Positions 1 through 11,215 of a DNA stretch of 54,097 bases are shown here, in pieces; position 1 is the stretch's first letter; each line of letters begins with the position of its first letter. Origin of the DNA: an uncultured Synergistales bacterium (GTDB lineage: Bacteria > Synergistota > Synergistia > Synergistales > Aminobacteriaceae); NCBI GenBank assembly GCA_937897575.1, contig CALCQG010000124.1, forward strand, positions 1 through 54,097, given 5' to 3'. Made by a program: the position numbers and the translations under genes. The notes under the pieces were generated by a model, which was not told the DNA's origin, made no database searches, and was given only the letters and a program-made list of their open reading frames with translations.

Positions 1-1262
1 TGGGCCGAGCGCCTTTTCTCCAAAAGGGCGCTGAGTTCATGGGGGAAGATACCCAGGGCGGCGGCGATCGCAGGGAGGTAGGGGGCCACATCCACAGGTG
101 AGAGAAGGCTCAGGCCCGCGAGGATGTCGTCCACGGCTTTCTTTCTCTTTTCCGGCTCTCGGAGCAGGGGGGCCCTCAGATGAAGGTGGTGCAGGAGCAG
201 CGGGCGGGCCTCCTGCAGGGCCCTGGTGAACAGCTCCGCCCCGTCGGGCAGGGAGAGCAGATCGTCGGGGTCCTTCCCCGCCGGGAGTTCGACGACGTGC
301 ACAGTGAGCCCGGCCTTCTGGAGGGTGTACATCCCCCGGATTGCGGCCTCCTGTCCGGCGAGGTCGGAATCGTAGCATATGTAGCAGTTGTCCGTCAGCC
401 GCTTGATGAGGTGGGCCTGCTCCTCGGTGAGGGACGTTCCGAGGGATGCGGCGGTCTCGGTAAACCCGCCGACATGAAGGCGAATGGCGTCCATATAGCC
501 TTCGACAAGGATGAGTCTGTCCCTGGAGCGGGCGCTCTCCTTGGCGCGATGGAGCAGGTAGAGGTTTCTTCTCTTGCTGTACAGGGTCCCCTCGGGGCTG
601 TTGATGTACTTCGCTCCCTCTCCGTCGACGAGGCGGCCGCCGAAGGCGAGGAGCCTGCCCGTGATGTCCCGGACGGGGAAGATGATGCGCCCTCTGAACC
701 GGTCGTAGAGCCCCTTCTGCCCTTCGAGGACAAGCCCTGCGTCGAGCGCCTCCTTCGCGGATATGCCCAATGCGTCCAGTTCGCCGCTGAGGGTGTCCCA
801 GGAGGAGGGGGCCCAGCCGAGCTCGAAGATGTCCCAGGCGTCCGGCGGCAGGTTTCGCCGGGCGAGATAGGCTCGGGCGGCCTCACCGCCAGCGCTGCGC
901 AGGGCAGAGCGGTAGACGGACGAGGCGCGCTCCATGACGTCGAAGAGGCTCCTGTTGCGGGCGACGGACCTGGACTCGGCGACGAGGGTAATCCCCGCCC
1001 TCTCGGCCAGGACCTCCAGGGCCTCGCGGAAGGAGAGCCCCTCCTTCTCCATGACGAAGGTGAAGATATCCCCGCCCTGGCCGCATCCGAAGCAGTGGAA
1101 GGTCTGCCGGGACGGGGACACGGAGAAGGAGGGCGTCTTCTCCTCGTGAAAGGGGCAGAGGCCGACAAAGTTCGCCCCCGCTTTCCTGAGGCGGACGTAA
1201 TCCTCTATCACCTCGACGATATCGAGCCGGTCCTTTATCTGACGAACGTTGTCGATGGCCAC
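1..1262 (-). CDS. dnaG: DNA primase (5' part; runs off the left edge of the window)
   Basis: Not in the ORF track because it has no stop in the window. Manual translation from GTG at 1262 gives [61 protein letters not shown], a CHC2 zinc-binding domain. GGAGG lies upstream. Confidence 0.95.
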   Translation of the reverse strand, partial: MAIDNVRQIKDRLDIVEVIEDYVRLRKAGANFVGLCPFHEEKTPSFSVSPSRQTFHCFGCGQGGDIFTFVMEKEGLSFREALEVLAERAGITLVAESRSVARNRSLFDVMERASSVYRSALRSAGGEAARAYLARRNLPPDAWDIFELGWAPSSWDTLSGELDALGISAKEALDAGLVLEGQKGLYDRFRGRIIFPVRDITGRLLAFGGRLVDGEGAKYINSPEGTLYSKRRNLYLLHRAKESARSRDRLILVEGYMDAIRLHVGGFTETAASLGTSLTEEQAHLIKRLTDNCYICYDSDLAGQEAAIRGMYTLQKAGLTVHVVELPAGKDPDDLLSLPDGAELFTRALQEARPLLLHHLHLRAPLLREPEKRKKAVDDILAGLSLLSPVDVAPYLPAIAAALGIFPHELSALLEKRRSA

Positions 1263-1281
1263 CTCTTTACCTCCCGATACG

Positions 1282-1314
1282 AAAAAAAGGGGAAGGGTTA
1301 TCCCCCTCCCCTTT
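1282..1314 (-). terminator. Intrinsic terminator between hppA and dnaG
   Basis: The minus strand reads AAAGGGGAGGGGGATAACCCTTCCCC then T7: a GC-rich stem plus U tract. Confidence 0.75.
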
Positions 1315-1337
1315 ATTGTACTGCACCGCGTCCTTCG

Positions 1338-3299
1338 TTACACGAAAAGCTGCGCAAGAACGACGGCGATGACGGACATGAGCTTGATGAGGATGTTGAG
1401 GCTGGGGCCCGCCGTATCCTTGAAGGGGTCTCCGACGGTGTCGCCGACCACGGTGGCCGCGTGCTGGGCACTGCCCTTCCCGCCGTAGTTGCCCTCTTCG
1501 ACGTACTTCTTGGCGTTATCCCACGCCCCGCCGGAGTTGGACATGAAGATCGCGAGCATGACGCCCGTCACGATGGAGCCGCCAAGGAGCCCTCCGAGCG
1601 CCTCGGCGCCGAGGCCTAATCCTATGGCGACAGGCGACGCGACGGCAAGCAGACCGGGAACGATCATCTCCTTGAGGGCCGCGGAGGTGGAGATGTCGAC
1701 GCAGCGCTCGTACTCGGGACGGCCCGTTCCCTCCATGATCCCGGGGATCTCGCGGAACTGGCGCCGCACTTCGTCGATCATGGCCTCGGCCGCCCGGCTC
1801 ACGGCCTGGATGGAGAGGGCGCTGAAGAGGAAGGGCAGCATGCCTCCGACGAAGAGGCCGACCATGACCTTGGGGTTGTTCAGGTCGATCGTCGTCAGCT
1901 TCACCGCCTGAGCATAGCCCGCGAAGAGGGCGAGAGCCGTCAGGGCGGCAGAGCCGATGGCTAGGCCCTTCCCCATGGCGGCCGTGGTGTTTCCGACGGC
2001 GTCCAGCTTATCGGTGATGGCCCGGATCTCCTTCGGCATATGGGTCATCTCGGCGATGCCGCCGGCGTTGTCGGAGATGGGGCCGTAGGCGTCCACGCTG
2101 AGAGCCATACCCGTGATGGAGAGCATCCCGACTGCAGCACAGGCGATTCCGTACAGGCCGCCGAACTGATAGCTGACGAGGGTCGCGACACAGATGAGCA
2201 GCACGGGAACAACGGTGGACTTCATCCCAACGGCGATCCCCGACAGAATGACCGTCGCGGGGCCCGTCTGGGATGCCTCGGCAATCTGTTTCACCGAGGA
2301 GTAGTCCCCTGACGTGTAGAGCTCCGTGATGAAACCGATCAGGACGCCGACGGCCACGCCCGACAGAACGGACCAGAACAGCGTCAGGGAGCCGAGCATG
2401 ACCATCGTGATCACGAATGCCCCCGCGATCATGACGGCACCCGTCACGAAGGTGCCTGTACGAAGGGCCTTGGCCGCATTGCCGCCCTCCTTGACCTTGA
2501 CGAAGGAGGTCCCGATCAGGGCCGCGACGATGCCGAACCCCGAGATAACGAGGGGATAGAGCACTCCGTTTATGCCGTAGGCCGCGATTCCTATTGCCAT
2601 GGCGGCAAGGATCGAGTTGACGTAGGACTCGAAGAGGTCCGCGCCCATGCCCGCGATGTCGCCCACGTTGTCTCCCACGTTGTCCGCGATGACGGCGGGG
2701 TTCCTCGGGTCGTCCTCGGGGATGCCGGCCTCAACCTTGCCCACGAGGTCGGCGCCTACGTCCGCCGCCTTGGTGTAGATACCGCCGCCGACGCGTGCGA
2801 AAAGGGCGATGGTGCTGGCGCCCATGCCGAAGCTGGCGATGACGTTCGCATCCTTGAAGATAAGATAACAGACGATGATGCCGACGATGCCGATCCCAAC
2901 GACGGACATGCCCATGACGCTCCCTCCGCGGAAGGCCATGGACAGCGCGCTGTTCATACCGTGGGTGGCCGCGAAGGTCGTTCGTCCGTTGGACCGCGTG
3001 GCGACGACCATGCCCGCGTACCCTGCGGCGGCGCTGCACAGGCCGCCGATGACGAAGGAGATCGAGGAAGCCGGGCTGATCATGAACCAAAGCGCAACGC
3101 CTACGATCAGGAGGAAGGGGATCAGCCAACGGTACTCCCTGTACAGGAAGGCCATGGCACCCTTATGTATGATCTCCGACAGTTCGACGATCTTCTCGTT
3201 CTCCACCACGAACGCCTTGATTCGCCCGTAGGAGTGAAACGCATAGCCAAGCGCCAGGACACCTGAAACCGCGACGAGCAACAACCACACCAAATCCAT
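1338..3299 (-). CDS. hppA: Membrane-bound ion-translocating pyrophosphatase, K+-dependent, likely Na+-pumping
   Basis: [26 protein letters not shown] and [10 protein letters not shown] motifs; many TM helices; ATG 3299 lies 8 nt from GGAGG. Confidence 0.95.
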   Translation of the reverse strand: MDLVWLLLVAVSGVLALGYAFHSYGRIKAFVVENEKIVELSEIIHKGAMAFLYREYRWLIPFLLIVGVALWFMISPASSISFVIGGLCSAAAGYAGMVVATRSNGRTTFAATHGMNSALSMAFRGGSVMGMSVVGIGIVGIIVCYLIFKDANVIASFGMGASTIALFARVGGGIYTKAADVGADLVGKVEAGIPEDDPRNPAVIADNVGDNVGDIAGMGADLFESYVNSILAAMAIGIAAYGINGVLYPLVISGFGIVAALIGTSFVKVKEGGNAAKALRTGTFVTGAVMIAGAFVITMVMLGSLTLFWSVLSGVAVGVLIGFITELYTSGDYSSVKQIAEASQTGPATVILSGIAVGMKSTVVPVLLICVATLVSYQFGGLYGIACAAVGMLSITGMALSVDAYGPISDNAGGIAEMTHMPKEIRAITDKLDAVGNTTAAMGKGLAIGSAALTALALFAGYAQAVKLTTIDLNNPKVMVGLFVGGMLPFLFSALSIQAVSRAAEAMIDEVRRQFREIPGIMEGTGRPEYERCVDISTSAALKEMIVPGLLAVASPVAIGLGLGAEALGGLLGGSIVTGVMLAIFMSNSGGAWDNAKKYVEEGNYGGKGSAQHAATVVGDTVGDPFKDTAGPSLNILIKLMSVIAVVLAQLFV

Positions 3300-3381
3300 G
3301 ACCACGACCTCCTCGTATAATTACTGACAAGACGTGTTAATTCAACAATAGATGTGCATTCACAAAACAATAGCAACAGCC

Positions 3382-3410
3382 ATTATAGTGATCTGTTGTT
3401 CGAAAAACAA
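3382..3410 (-). promoter_or_regulatory. Putative sigma70 promoter of hppA
   Basis: TTGTTT-17 nt-TATAAT on the minus strand. Confidence 0.55.
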
Positions 3411-3447
3411 GCATACTGCCCGGATCACACACGTTCCGGCAAACCCG

Positions 3448-4578
3448 TTATGTCGGAGGGGGCTGCGCGGTGGTCGTCGCTTGCTGCTTTGAAAGGGACG
3501 ATTTCCAGAGCGTCCGGTAGCTCTCCAGGAGAAACATGAAGAGGCTGATTACCACAGGGCCAAGGAAGAGCCCGATGAAGCCCCAGGCGGCCAGGCCCCC
3601 CAGCACGCCGATGAAGGTGATCAGCGTGTGGACCTTCGTCCCACCCGATATGAAGACGGGACGGACGAAGTTGTCGATCATGCTCACGACGAGAACACCC
3701 CACAGGAGGAGGGTGATGCCCGCCACCATCTGCCCCGAGAGGAGGAGATAGATCCCTCCGATGCCCCAGACCACCGGGGTCCCGACGAAGGGGATCATGG
3801 CCAGGATCATCATGAGCGCCCCGAAGAACACCGGACTGGGAAGGCCGACGTACCACCATCCGATGCCGCCGAGAAAGCCCTGGAGGGAGGCCGTCAGAAT
3901 CACGCCGTAGAGGACCGCTTGGAGGACCTCCTTCGCCTGACTGAGAAAAGCCTTCTTCTCCTCCGGAGGAAGGGGGGTGATGTCCATCAGGTAGTTCACG
4001 ATCAAATGCCCGTCCCGGAGCAGGAAAAAACTCGTCATGATGATGATGATCATGGAGTAGGCGATGGTGAACGTGCTCTCTACGATCGCTTTCGACGTCG
4101 CGATCGCCGTCGTTCCTATCCAGCGTCCGGTCTGATTCAGCAGGTCCCCTATGATGGGGTACTCCTGCATCCAGGGGGTGAGCTCCTTCATGATGACGTC
4201 CGGCAGAAGTGCCGCCAGGATGGATTCCCCCGTTTTGCTGTCCAGGGTCGCCAGGGTGTCCGCAATCGTTCCGTAGAGACGCAACCCCTCCCTGGCGGCG
4301 ACGTAACCGCCGAAGACGGCCGGGAGCGCGAGGAGCACGACGATGAGCGCCGTCGTCAGCAGGGCGGAGAGGTTCTTCGCCCGCCCACCGAGGAGGCGCA
4401 TTCGCACCAGTTTATAGAAGGGATAGGCCGAGAACGAAAGCAGCGTCGCCCAGGCAAGGGGTTTTATCAGGGGGAGGGATATCTTGAAGGACAGATAGGC
4501 CATGAAAGAAAGCACCAGGAAGAACGGCACAAGCCACCCCTGGGCCCTTTTTCTTCTGGTTGCGAACGTATCGGGCAT
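3448..4578 (-). CDS. AI-2E family transporter
   Basis: Hydrophobic 376 aa protein with IPFVGT, IDNFVRP and GFIGLFLGP motifs. Confidence 0.85.
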   Translation of the reverse strand: MPDTFATRRKRAQGWLVPFFLVLSFMAYLSFKISLPLIKPLAWATLLSFSAYPFYKLVRMRLLGGRAKNLSALLTTALIVVLLALPAVFGGYVAAREGLRLYGTIADTLATLDSKTGESILAALLPDVIMKELTPWMQEYPIIGDLLNQTGRWIGTTAIATSKAIVESTFTIAYSMIIIIMTSFFLLRDGHLIVNYLMDITPLPPEEKKAFLSQAKEVLQAVLYGVILTASLQGFLGGIGWWYVGLPSPVFFGALMMILAMIPFVGTPVVWGIGGIYLLLSGQMVAGITLLLWGVLVVSMIDNFVRPVFISGGTKVHTLITFIGVLGGLAAWGFIGLFLGPVVISLFMFLLESYRTLWKSSLSKQQATTTAQPPPT

Positions 4579-4627
4579 CCTGGTTCTCCTCCCCTCTTCG
4601 AGGCCGTCGACGAAGCCTCGGTATGCG

Positions 4628-6160
4628 CTACTCCCACTCGATGGTTGCCGGCGGTTTCCCCGTCACGTCGAGGGTGACCCTGTTGATCCCCTGGACCTCG
4701 TTGCATATTCTCCTGGCCGTTCGGTCGAGGATGTCGTAGGGAACGTGCACCCAGTCGGCCGTCATGCCGTCGTGAGAGTGAACGGCGCGGAGGACCGCCG
4801 TCTCGGAGTAGGTCCTGGAATCGCCCATGACCCCCACGGTCCGCACGGGCAGGAGCACGACGAAGGCCTGCCAGATGGACGGATAGTCCTCCCACTTCGC
4901 GATCTCCTCGCGAAAGATCGCATCGGCGGAGCGGAGCGTTTCGAGGCGCTCGCTGGTGACCTCCCCCAGGCAGCGCACCGCGAGCCCGGGCCCGGGGAAG
5001 GGCTGCCTCGAGATGATATCCTCAGGAATGTTCAGCATGCGCCCCGTGCCCCGCACCTCGTCCTTGAAGAGATCCCGAAGGGGCTCGAGGAGGGCCAGGT
5101 CCATGTGTTCGGGAAGCCCTCCCACGTTGTGGTGGCTCTTGATCACCGAGGCCCCCTTTCCCTTGTGCCCGCTCTCGATGACGTCGGGGTACAGGGTTCC
5201 CTGAAGGAGCCACTTCGCACCGTCGATCTTTCGTGCCTCGCTCTCGAACACACGGATGAACGTCTCGCCGATGATCTTCCGCTTCCGCTCGGGGTCCGTG
5301 ACGCCCCGCAGAGCGCCGAGAAAGGCATCGCTGGCGTCGACGTAGTGGACGCGGAGGTTCAGCCTCTTGTACTGCTCCAGGACGTGATGCTCCTCATGGA
5401 GCCTCAGGAGGCCGTGATTCACGAAGATGCAGTCGAGCCTGTCCCCTATGGCCTTCTCGGTCAGCACGGCCGCCACGGAGGAGTCCACTCCGCCCGAGAG
5501 GCCGCACACCACCCTGTCCGTTCCGACCTGTCTTCGGATCCCCTCCACGGTCTGATCGATCCAGTTGCCCAGATCCCAATCCGGTGTGCAGGAGCAGATG
5601 GCAAAGAGGAAATTGGAGAGGATCTCCGAGCCGTATTGCGTGTGCACGACCTCGGGGTGGAACTGCAGGCCGTAGAGCGGCCGTGTTTCATGCTCCATGG
5701 CGGCGAACACGCCGTTCCCCGTCTTCGCCGTGCAGCGGAAGCCGTCGGGGAGACGCTCTATCCTGTCGCCGTGGCTCATCCACGCCTCGAAGGAGGCGGG
5801 TACTTTCCCTGTGAAGAGGGGGGATCGACCGTCCGTGAAAATGGCGGTCCGTCCGTACTCACGCGACGTGCCGCTCGTGATGGAGCCGCCCATCTGCTTC
5901 GTCATGAGCTGCATGCCGTAACAGACGCCGAGGATCGGGACCCCCATTGTAAAAAGCGCGTCCGGGACGGACGGGGCGTCCTCATCCGTCACGCTCTGGG
6001 GACCTCCGGAGATGATCACGCCCTTGGGGCCCGCTGCCTGGATGACCTCGAAGGCGGTATCCCAGGGAAGGATTTCGCTATGGACCTTCTGCTCCCGAAC
6101 TCGTCGTGCAATGAGCTGGGTGAATTGGGAACCGCAGTCGAGAATAAGGATGTTGTCCAA
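4628..6160 (-). CDS. guaA: GMP synthase (glutamine-hydrolysing)
   Basis: GSQFTQLIARR, GVCYGMQ, QFHPE, SGGVDS, IKSHHNVGG, KPPATIEWE. Confidence 0.97.
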   Translation of the reverse strand: MDNILILDCGSQFTQLIARRVREQKVHSEILPWDTAFEVIQAAGPKGVIISGGPQSVTDEDAPSVPDALFTMGVPILGVCYGMQLMTKQMGGSITSGTSREYGRTAIFTDGRSPLFTGKVPASFEAWMSHGDRIERLPDGFRCTAKTGNGVFAAMEHETRPLYGLQFHPEVVHTQYGSEILSNFLFAICSCTPDWDLGNWIDQTVEGIRRQVGTDRVVCGLSGGVDSSVAAVLTEKAIGDRLDCIFVNHGLLRLHEEHHVLEQYKRLNLRVHYVDASDAFLGALRGVTDPERKRKIIGETFIRVFESEARKIDGAKWLLQGTLYPDVIESGHKGKGASVIKSHHNVGGLPEHMDLALLEPLRDLFKDEVRGTGRMLNIPEDIISRQPFPGPGLAVRCLGEVTSERLETLRSADAIFREEIAKWEDYPSIWQAFVVLLPVRTVGVMGDSRTYSETAVLRAVHSHDGMTADWVHVPYDILDRTARRICNEVQGINRVTLDVTGKPPATIEWE

Positions 6161-6238
6161 AGAAGAGATACCTCCCGAAACAGAAAGTGGTCACAACAGA
6201 ATATCTTATCAGAAATAATATCAGCATTCCACGGTGTT

Positions 6239-6260
6239 CCGTATCGAGAGGACGATCTTT
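6239..6260 (+). repeat. Left 22-bp direct repeat (target-site duplication)
   Basis: CCGTATCGAGAGGACGATCTTT, identical to 7353-7374 and abutting the left inverted repeat. Confidence 0.9.
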
Positions 6261-7352
6261 TGTAGGTGTTCAATACATATGTTACAGATAGGGAGAGTAA
6301 GATAGTAGTGCTCTGATCTCGGGGAAGGGTTGGCGGACCGCAACGCTCTCTGGTACTGTGAAGTCACCACAACAAACACAGACTGGAGGTCTCGATCCGC
6401 CATGAACAGCGTAACACAAGATATGCTCTACAGACAGTCCCTGGTTCGCTATGCTCTGCGACATGGCGTTACAAAAGCAGCTATCAAATACAGGACAAAC
6501 AGGCAATTCATCTACCGATGGATGAAGCGCTACGACGGCTCTCCTCAATCCATGGCCTTCAGGTCCAGGCGGCCACATAATCACCCCAACCAGCACTCAG
6601 AGGAGGAGATCGGACACATCAGGAGGATGTATCGCAGGAACAAGAGAGACGGGCTCGTGGTGTTGTGGGTGAAACTGTGCAGAAGAGGCTATTCCCGATC
6701 CATTTCCTCTCTCTACCGGGTACTTCGGCGTCTGGAGCTCTTCCGTCTCAAGACGAAGAATCCGAAGAGGCGTTCCACTGTCCCCTTCGACCCTGCCCTC
6801 TTCCCCGGACAGAGAGTGCAGGTGGACGTGAAGCATGTCCCGGGGAGCTGCATCCGGGATGTGGTTCCCGGGACAAAGTATTACCAGTATACGGCCCTGG
6901 ACGAGTACTCCCGATTCCGGTATGTGGAGGCCTTTGACGAGGTGAATACCACGAACTCGGAACGTTTTCTTCTGCATATGCTCCGTTTCTTCCGGTTCAG
7001 GGTGTTCTGTGTTCAGACGGATAACGGGTGTGAGTTCACGAATCGGTTCACGTCCCATAGAGGACGATTGAGTTTGTTTGAGAAGGCGTTGAAGAGGTTG
7101 GGTATTGCCCATCATCTCATTCGTCCCTACACGCCGCGGCATAACGGGAAGGTGGAGCGTTCCCACCGGAAGGACAATGAGTATTTCTATGGGAGGCACA
7201 GTTTCCATTCACTGGAGGATTTTTCACGGCAGCTGAGAGCGCACAACAGACGGTACAACAACTTTCCCATGAGACCCCTGGGGTGGAGGTCTCCGAGAGA
7301 GACGCCCATGAACTACTTGAATCCCATGTAACATATGTTTGATAAACCAACA
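6261..7352 (+). mobile_element. IS481-family insertion sequence (1092 bp)
   Basis: TGT...ACA termini; 26-bp imperfect inverted repeats at 6261-6286 and 7327-7352 (20/26 matches, inner 12 bp perfect); single DDE transposase; more AT-rich than the flanks; flanking direct repeats. Confidence 0.92.
6402..7331 (+). CDS. IS481-family DDE transposase
   Basis: N-terminal HTH (IYRWMKRY..SRRPH); catalytic QVDVK, QTDNG and NGKVERSH; GGAGG at 6385. The stop codon lies inside the right inverted repeat. Confidence 0.92.
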   Translation: MNSVTQDMLYRQSLVRYALRHGVTKAAIKYRTNRQFIYRWMKRYDGSPQSMAFRSRRPHNHPNQHSEEEIGHIRRMYRRNKRDGLVVLWVKLCRRGYSRSISSLYRVLRRLELFRLKTKNPKRRSTVPFDPALFPGQRVQVDVKHVPGSCIRDVVPGTKYYQYTALDEYSRFRYVEAFDEVNTTNSERFLLHMLRFFRFRVFCVQTDNGCEFTNRFTSHRGRLSLFEKALKRLGIAHHLIRPYTPRHNGKVERSHRKDNEYFYGRHSFHSLEDFSRQLRAHNRRYNNFPMRPLGWRSPRETPMNYLNPM

Positions 7353-7374
7353 CCGTATCGAGAGGACGATCTTT
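7353..7374 (+). repeat. Right 22-bp direct repeat (target-site duplication)
   Basis: Identical to 6239-6260 and starts immediately after the terminal ACA. Confidence 0.9.
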
Positions 7375-7458
7375 TGACATGCCTCGTTCCGAAGGGTCAC
7401 CGGAGCCTCTTGCGGCAGGCCTGTTTCTGTCCCGGATTCACGGGAAGAAGCCACCGAC

Positions 7459-7494
7459 AAAAAAACAGCCCCCGGTTGTAACCGGGGGCTGTTT
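7459..7494 (-). terminator. groEL intrinsic terminator
   Basis: AAACAGCCCCCGGTT/AACCGGGGGCTGTTT inverted repeat with a U tract on the minus strand. Confidence 0.85.
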
Positions 7495-7509
7495 CTCAGC
7501 GCTGAAGCT

Positions 7510-9156
<1,647 letters not shown>

Positions 9157-9172
9157 CTAGTGGATTGGACTG

Positions 9173-9463
9173 CTACTTCTCGATGATCGCGAGCACGTCG
9201 CGCTCGCTGAAGATGACAAGCTCATCGCCGTCAAGCTTGACTTCGGTCCCGGCGTACTTGCTGAAGATGATCCGGTCGCCCACTTTGACCTCGGGCGGCA
9301 GTTTCTGGCCGTTCTCAAGCACCTTGCCCGTTCCGACGGCGAGCACTTCGCCCTCCGTCGGCTTCTCCTTGGCGGTGTCGGGAAGCACGATGCCTCCCTT
9401 TGTCTTCTCCTCGCGGTTGATGACCTTGACTACTATTCTGTCTCCCAACGGTTTCAAATTCAT
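9173..9463 (-). CDS. groS: Co-chaperonin GroES
   Basis: [12 protein letters not shown]...[12 protein letters not shown] 9463 with a GGAGG RBS. Confidence 0.97.
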   Translation of the reverse strand: MNLKPLGDRIVVKVINREEKTKGGIVLPDTAKEKPTEGEVLAVGTGKVLENGQKLPPEVKVGDRIIFSKYAGTEVKLDGDELVIFSERDVLAIIEK

Positions 9464-9495
9464 TCCCCAATCCCTCCTATTTGTTCTACAAAGTA

Positions 9496-9522
9496 CTAGC
9501 ACTCAAAGAGCGCGAGTGCTAA
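9496..9522. promoter_or_regulatory. CIRCE element (HrcA operator)
   Basis: CTAGCACTC-N9-GAGTGCTAA, one mismatch from TTAGCACTC-N9-GAGTGCTAA, upstream of groES. Confidence 0.93.
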
Positions 9523-9535
9523 ATGACCGAGTACG

Positions 9536-9564
9536 ATGATACGAAGGACCAAGGAGAATATCAA
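9536..9564 (-). promoter_or_regulatory. Putative groESL promoter
   Basis: TTGATA-17 nt-TATCAT immediately upstream of the CIRCE. Confidence 0.65.
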
Positions 9565-9659
9565 CCAACGTGAATCAGAACTATCTTAAATTTTTAGCTC
9601 TAAATAACTACATTCTCTTAGAAACGTCGAATATCGAGCTTTTTCACCCTCGTGCCTCT

Positions 9660-10679
9660 TCACCAGAGCTGCCATGACGGGTCGGCGACGATCGTGCCTG
9701 CGGGGCCCTGCCTCCGGTATGCGGAGTACCCGGCTGCGGCAATCATGACCGCGTTGTCCGTACATCGGTTCAGCGGGGGCAGGTAGACCCTCCAGTTCTT
9801 TTGTCCCTGCAGAGCCTTTCGCAGGGCGCTGTTGGCCCCTACCCCTCCGGACAGCGCGACGGTCCGCACGCCCGTTTTCCGCACCGCCAGATCGACTCGA
9901 TCCATGAGCGACCCAACGACCGCCCTCTGGAAAGAGGCGCAGAGGTGTTCCACCTGCACTCCGGCGCCCATCGCCCGCTGTCTGTGAATCTCCGTCACCA
10001 CGGCCGTTTTGAGTCCGCTGAAACTGAAGGATATCTCGGGTCGTCCCTTCATCGGCACGGGAAAATCATGGGCGCGGGGATCCCCCGAGGCGGCGAGGCG
10101 ATCGACGATCGGCCCGCCGGGATAGCCCAGTCCCAGCTCCTTCGCGACCTTGTCGTAGGCCTCCCCAGCCGCGTCGTCCCTCGTTCCGCCGAGAAATTCG
10201 TACTGCCCCAAGTCCCGGACGAGAACGATCTCCGTATGCCCCCCCGAGACGATAAGACACAGGAAGGGCGGTTGAAGGTCTGGATGGGAGACGATGTTGG
10301 CGAAGAGGTGCCCCTCCAGGTGGTGAACGCCGACGATCGGTTTGTTCCACGCCAGCGCAAGGGCCTGCGCGGCCGTGACGCCCACGGCGAGGGATCCTAT
10401 GAGCCCTGGTCCTGCCGTTACGGCGATGAGCCCGATCTGCTCTCCCGGTGCGTGAATCCCTGCCTCGCCGAAGAGGCTCTCCACGAGCGGGAGGAAGGCT
10501 TCAAGGTGTTTACGGGCCGCGTACTCCGGAATGACGCCCCCGAAGGGTGCGTGGTCGCCTATCTGGCTGGCGAGCAGCTCGGCGACGACCGTTCGCTGCC
10601 CTCTGAGAAGGGCGACGCCCGTATCGTCGCAACTGCTTTCCATGCCGAGGGTGAGCAGTTCGTCCTTCGATCCGTTCAT
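9660..10679 (-). CDS. tsaD: tRNA N6-adenosine threonylcarbamoyltransferase
   Basis: LGMESSCDDT, HHLEGH, VSGGHT, DDAAGEAYDK, CTDNAVMIA. Start trimmed from the track ORF; GTG 10685 is an alternative. Confidence 0.95.
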   Translation of the reverse strand: MNGSKDELLTLGMESSCDDTGVALLRGQRTVVAELLASQIGDHAPFGGVIPEYAARKHLEAFLPLVESLFGEAGIHAPGEQIGLIAVTAGPGLIGSLAVGVTAAQALALAWNKPIVGVHHLEGHLFANIVSHPDLQPPFLCLIVSGGHTEIVLVRDLGQYEFLGGTRDDAAGEAYDKVAKELGLGYPGGPIVDRLAASGDPRAHDFPVPMKGRPEISFSFSGLKTAVVTEIHRQRAMGAGVQVEHLCASFQRAVVGSLMDRVDLAVRKTGVRTVALSGGVGANSALRKALQGQKNWRVYLPPLNRCTDNAVMIAAAGYSAYRRQGPAGTIVADPSWQLW

Positions 10680-10681
10680 CG

Positions 10682-11215
10682 TCACGGTGTCTTCAGCTCC
10701 GCGGAATAGGCGTCTACGGCGATCGGAATCCTGTTGCCCTTCACGGCGGACGCGGGGATGGCCACGGTGAAACTGGCCGCGAGCCCTGGCGGAACGTCCC
10801 CCATGGGGACATAGGCCTTGTTCGTCAGGATATCCTCCCACGTCAGGACATGGGACCCTATGGTGATCATGGACGGATCGAGGTGAAGGTTCTTGTTCGT
10901 CTCCACCCGTATGATGAACAGCCTCTTCTTCCGGGCGAGGTCCGTCCCGTAGGCGCCGGTCCCCTGCTGGATCCACTCGGGCGTCTCCGGGTCCTTCCAT
11001 GCCTGTTCCGTCAGTTTCCCGTCCACGTACACGAAGATGAACTTCGCCCGGGACCCGAGGACGAGCCCCTCGAAGGTCTGCCCCTCGTACCAGATTGTGG
11101 CGGTCCTCTTCTCCAAAAGGGATCGAAGGGGCTCCGCCGCTCTCCCCTGCCCGCACAGCACGATCAGTACGACCAGTGCAGCCAACGCCCTACCTGCTCT
11201 TTTCCAAAGGGTCAT
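10682..11215 (-). CDS. Hypothetical exported protein
   Basis: 177 aa with a signal-peptide-like N-terminus; ATGA overlap with murJ and abutting tsaD. Confidence 0.75.
   Translation of the reverse strand: MTLWKRAGRALAALVVLIVLCGQGRAAEPLRSLLEKRTATIWYEGQTFEGLVLGSRAKFIFVYVDGKLTEQAWKDPETPEWIQQGTGAYGTDLARKKRLFIIRVETNKNLHLDPSMITIGSHVLTWEDILTNKAYVPMGDVPPGLAASFTVAIPASAVKGNRIPIAVDAYSAELKTP

Noticed and set aside
180..1619. 479-aa plus-strand ORF and the other ORFs over 1-1262
   Set aside because: Shadows of dnaG and hppA. The real dnaG frame is missing from the track only because it lacks a stop in the window.
6161..6260. Purine riboswitch upstream of guaA
   Set aside because: No purine-aptamer consensus is visible on either side of the IS.
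9660..11156. Apparent 159-aa N-terminal extension of TsaD
   Set aside because: It overlaps the upstream hypothetical gene in another frame, and TsaD homology begins at about 10679. The same reasoning applies to the track extensions of lptB, panF, rlmN and the GNAT.
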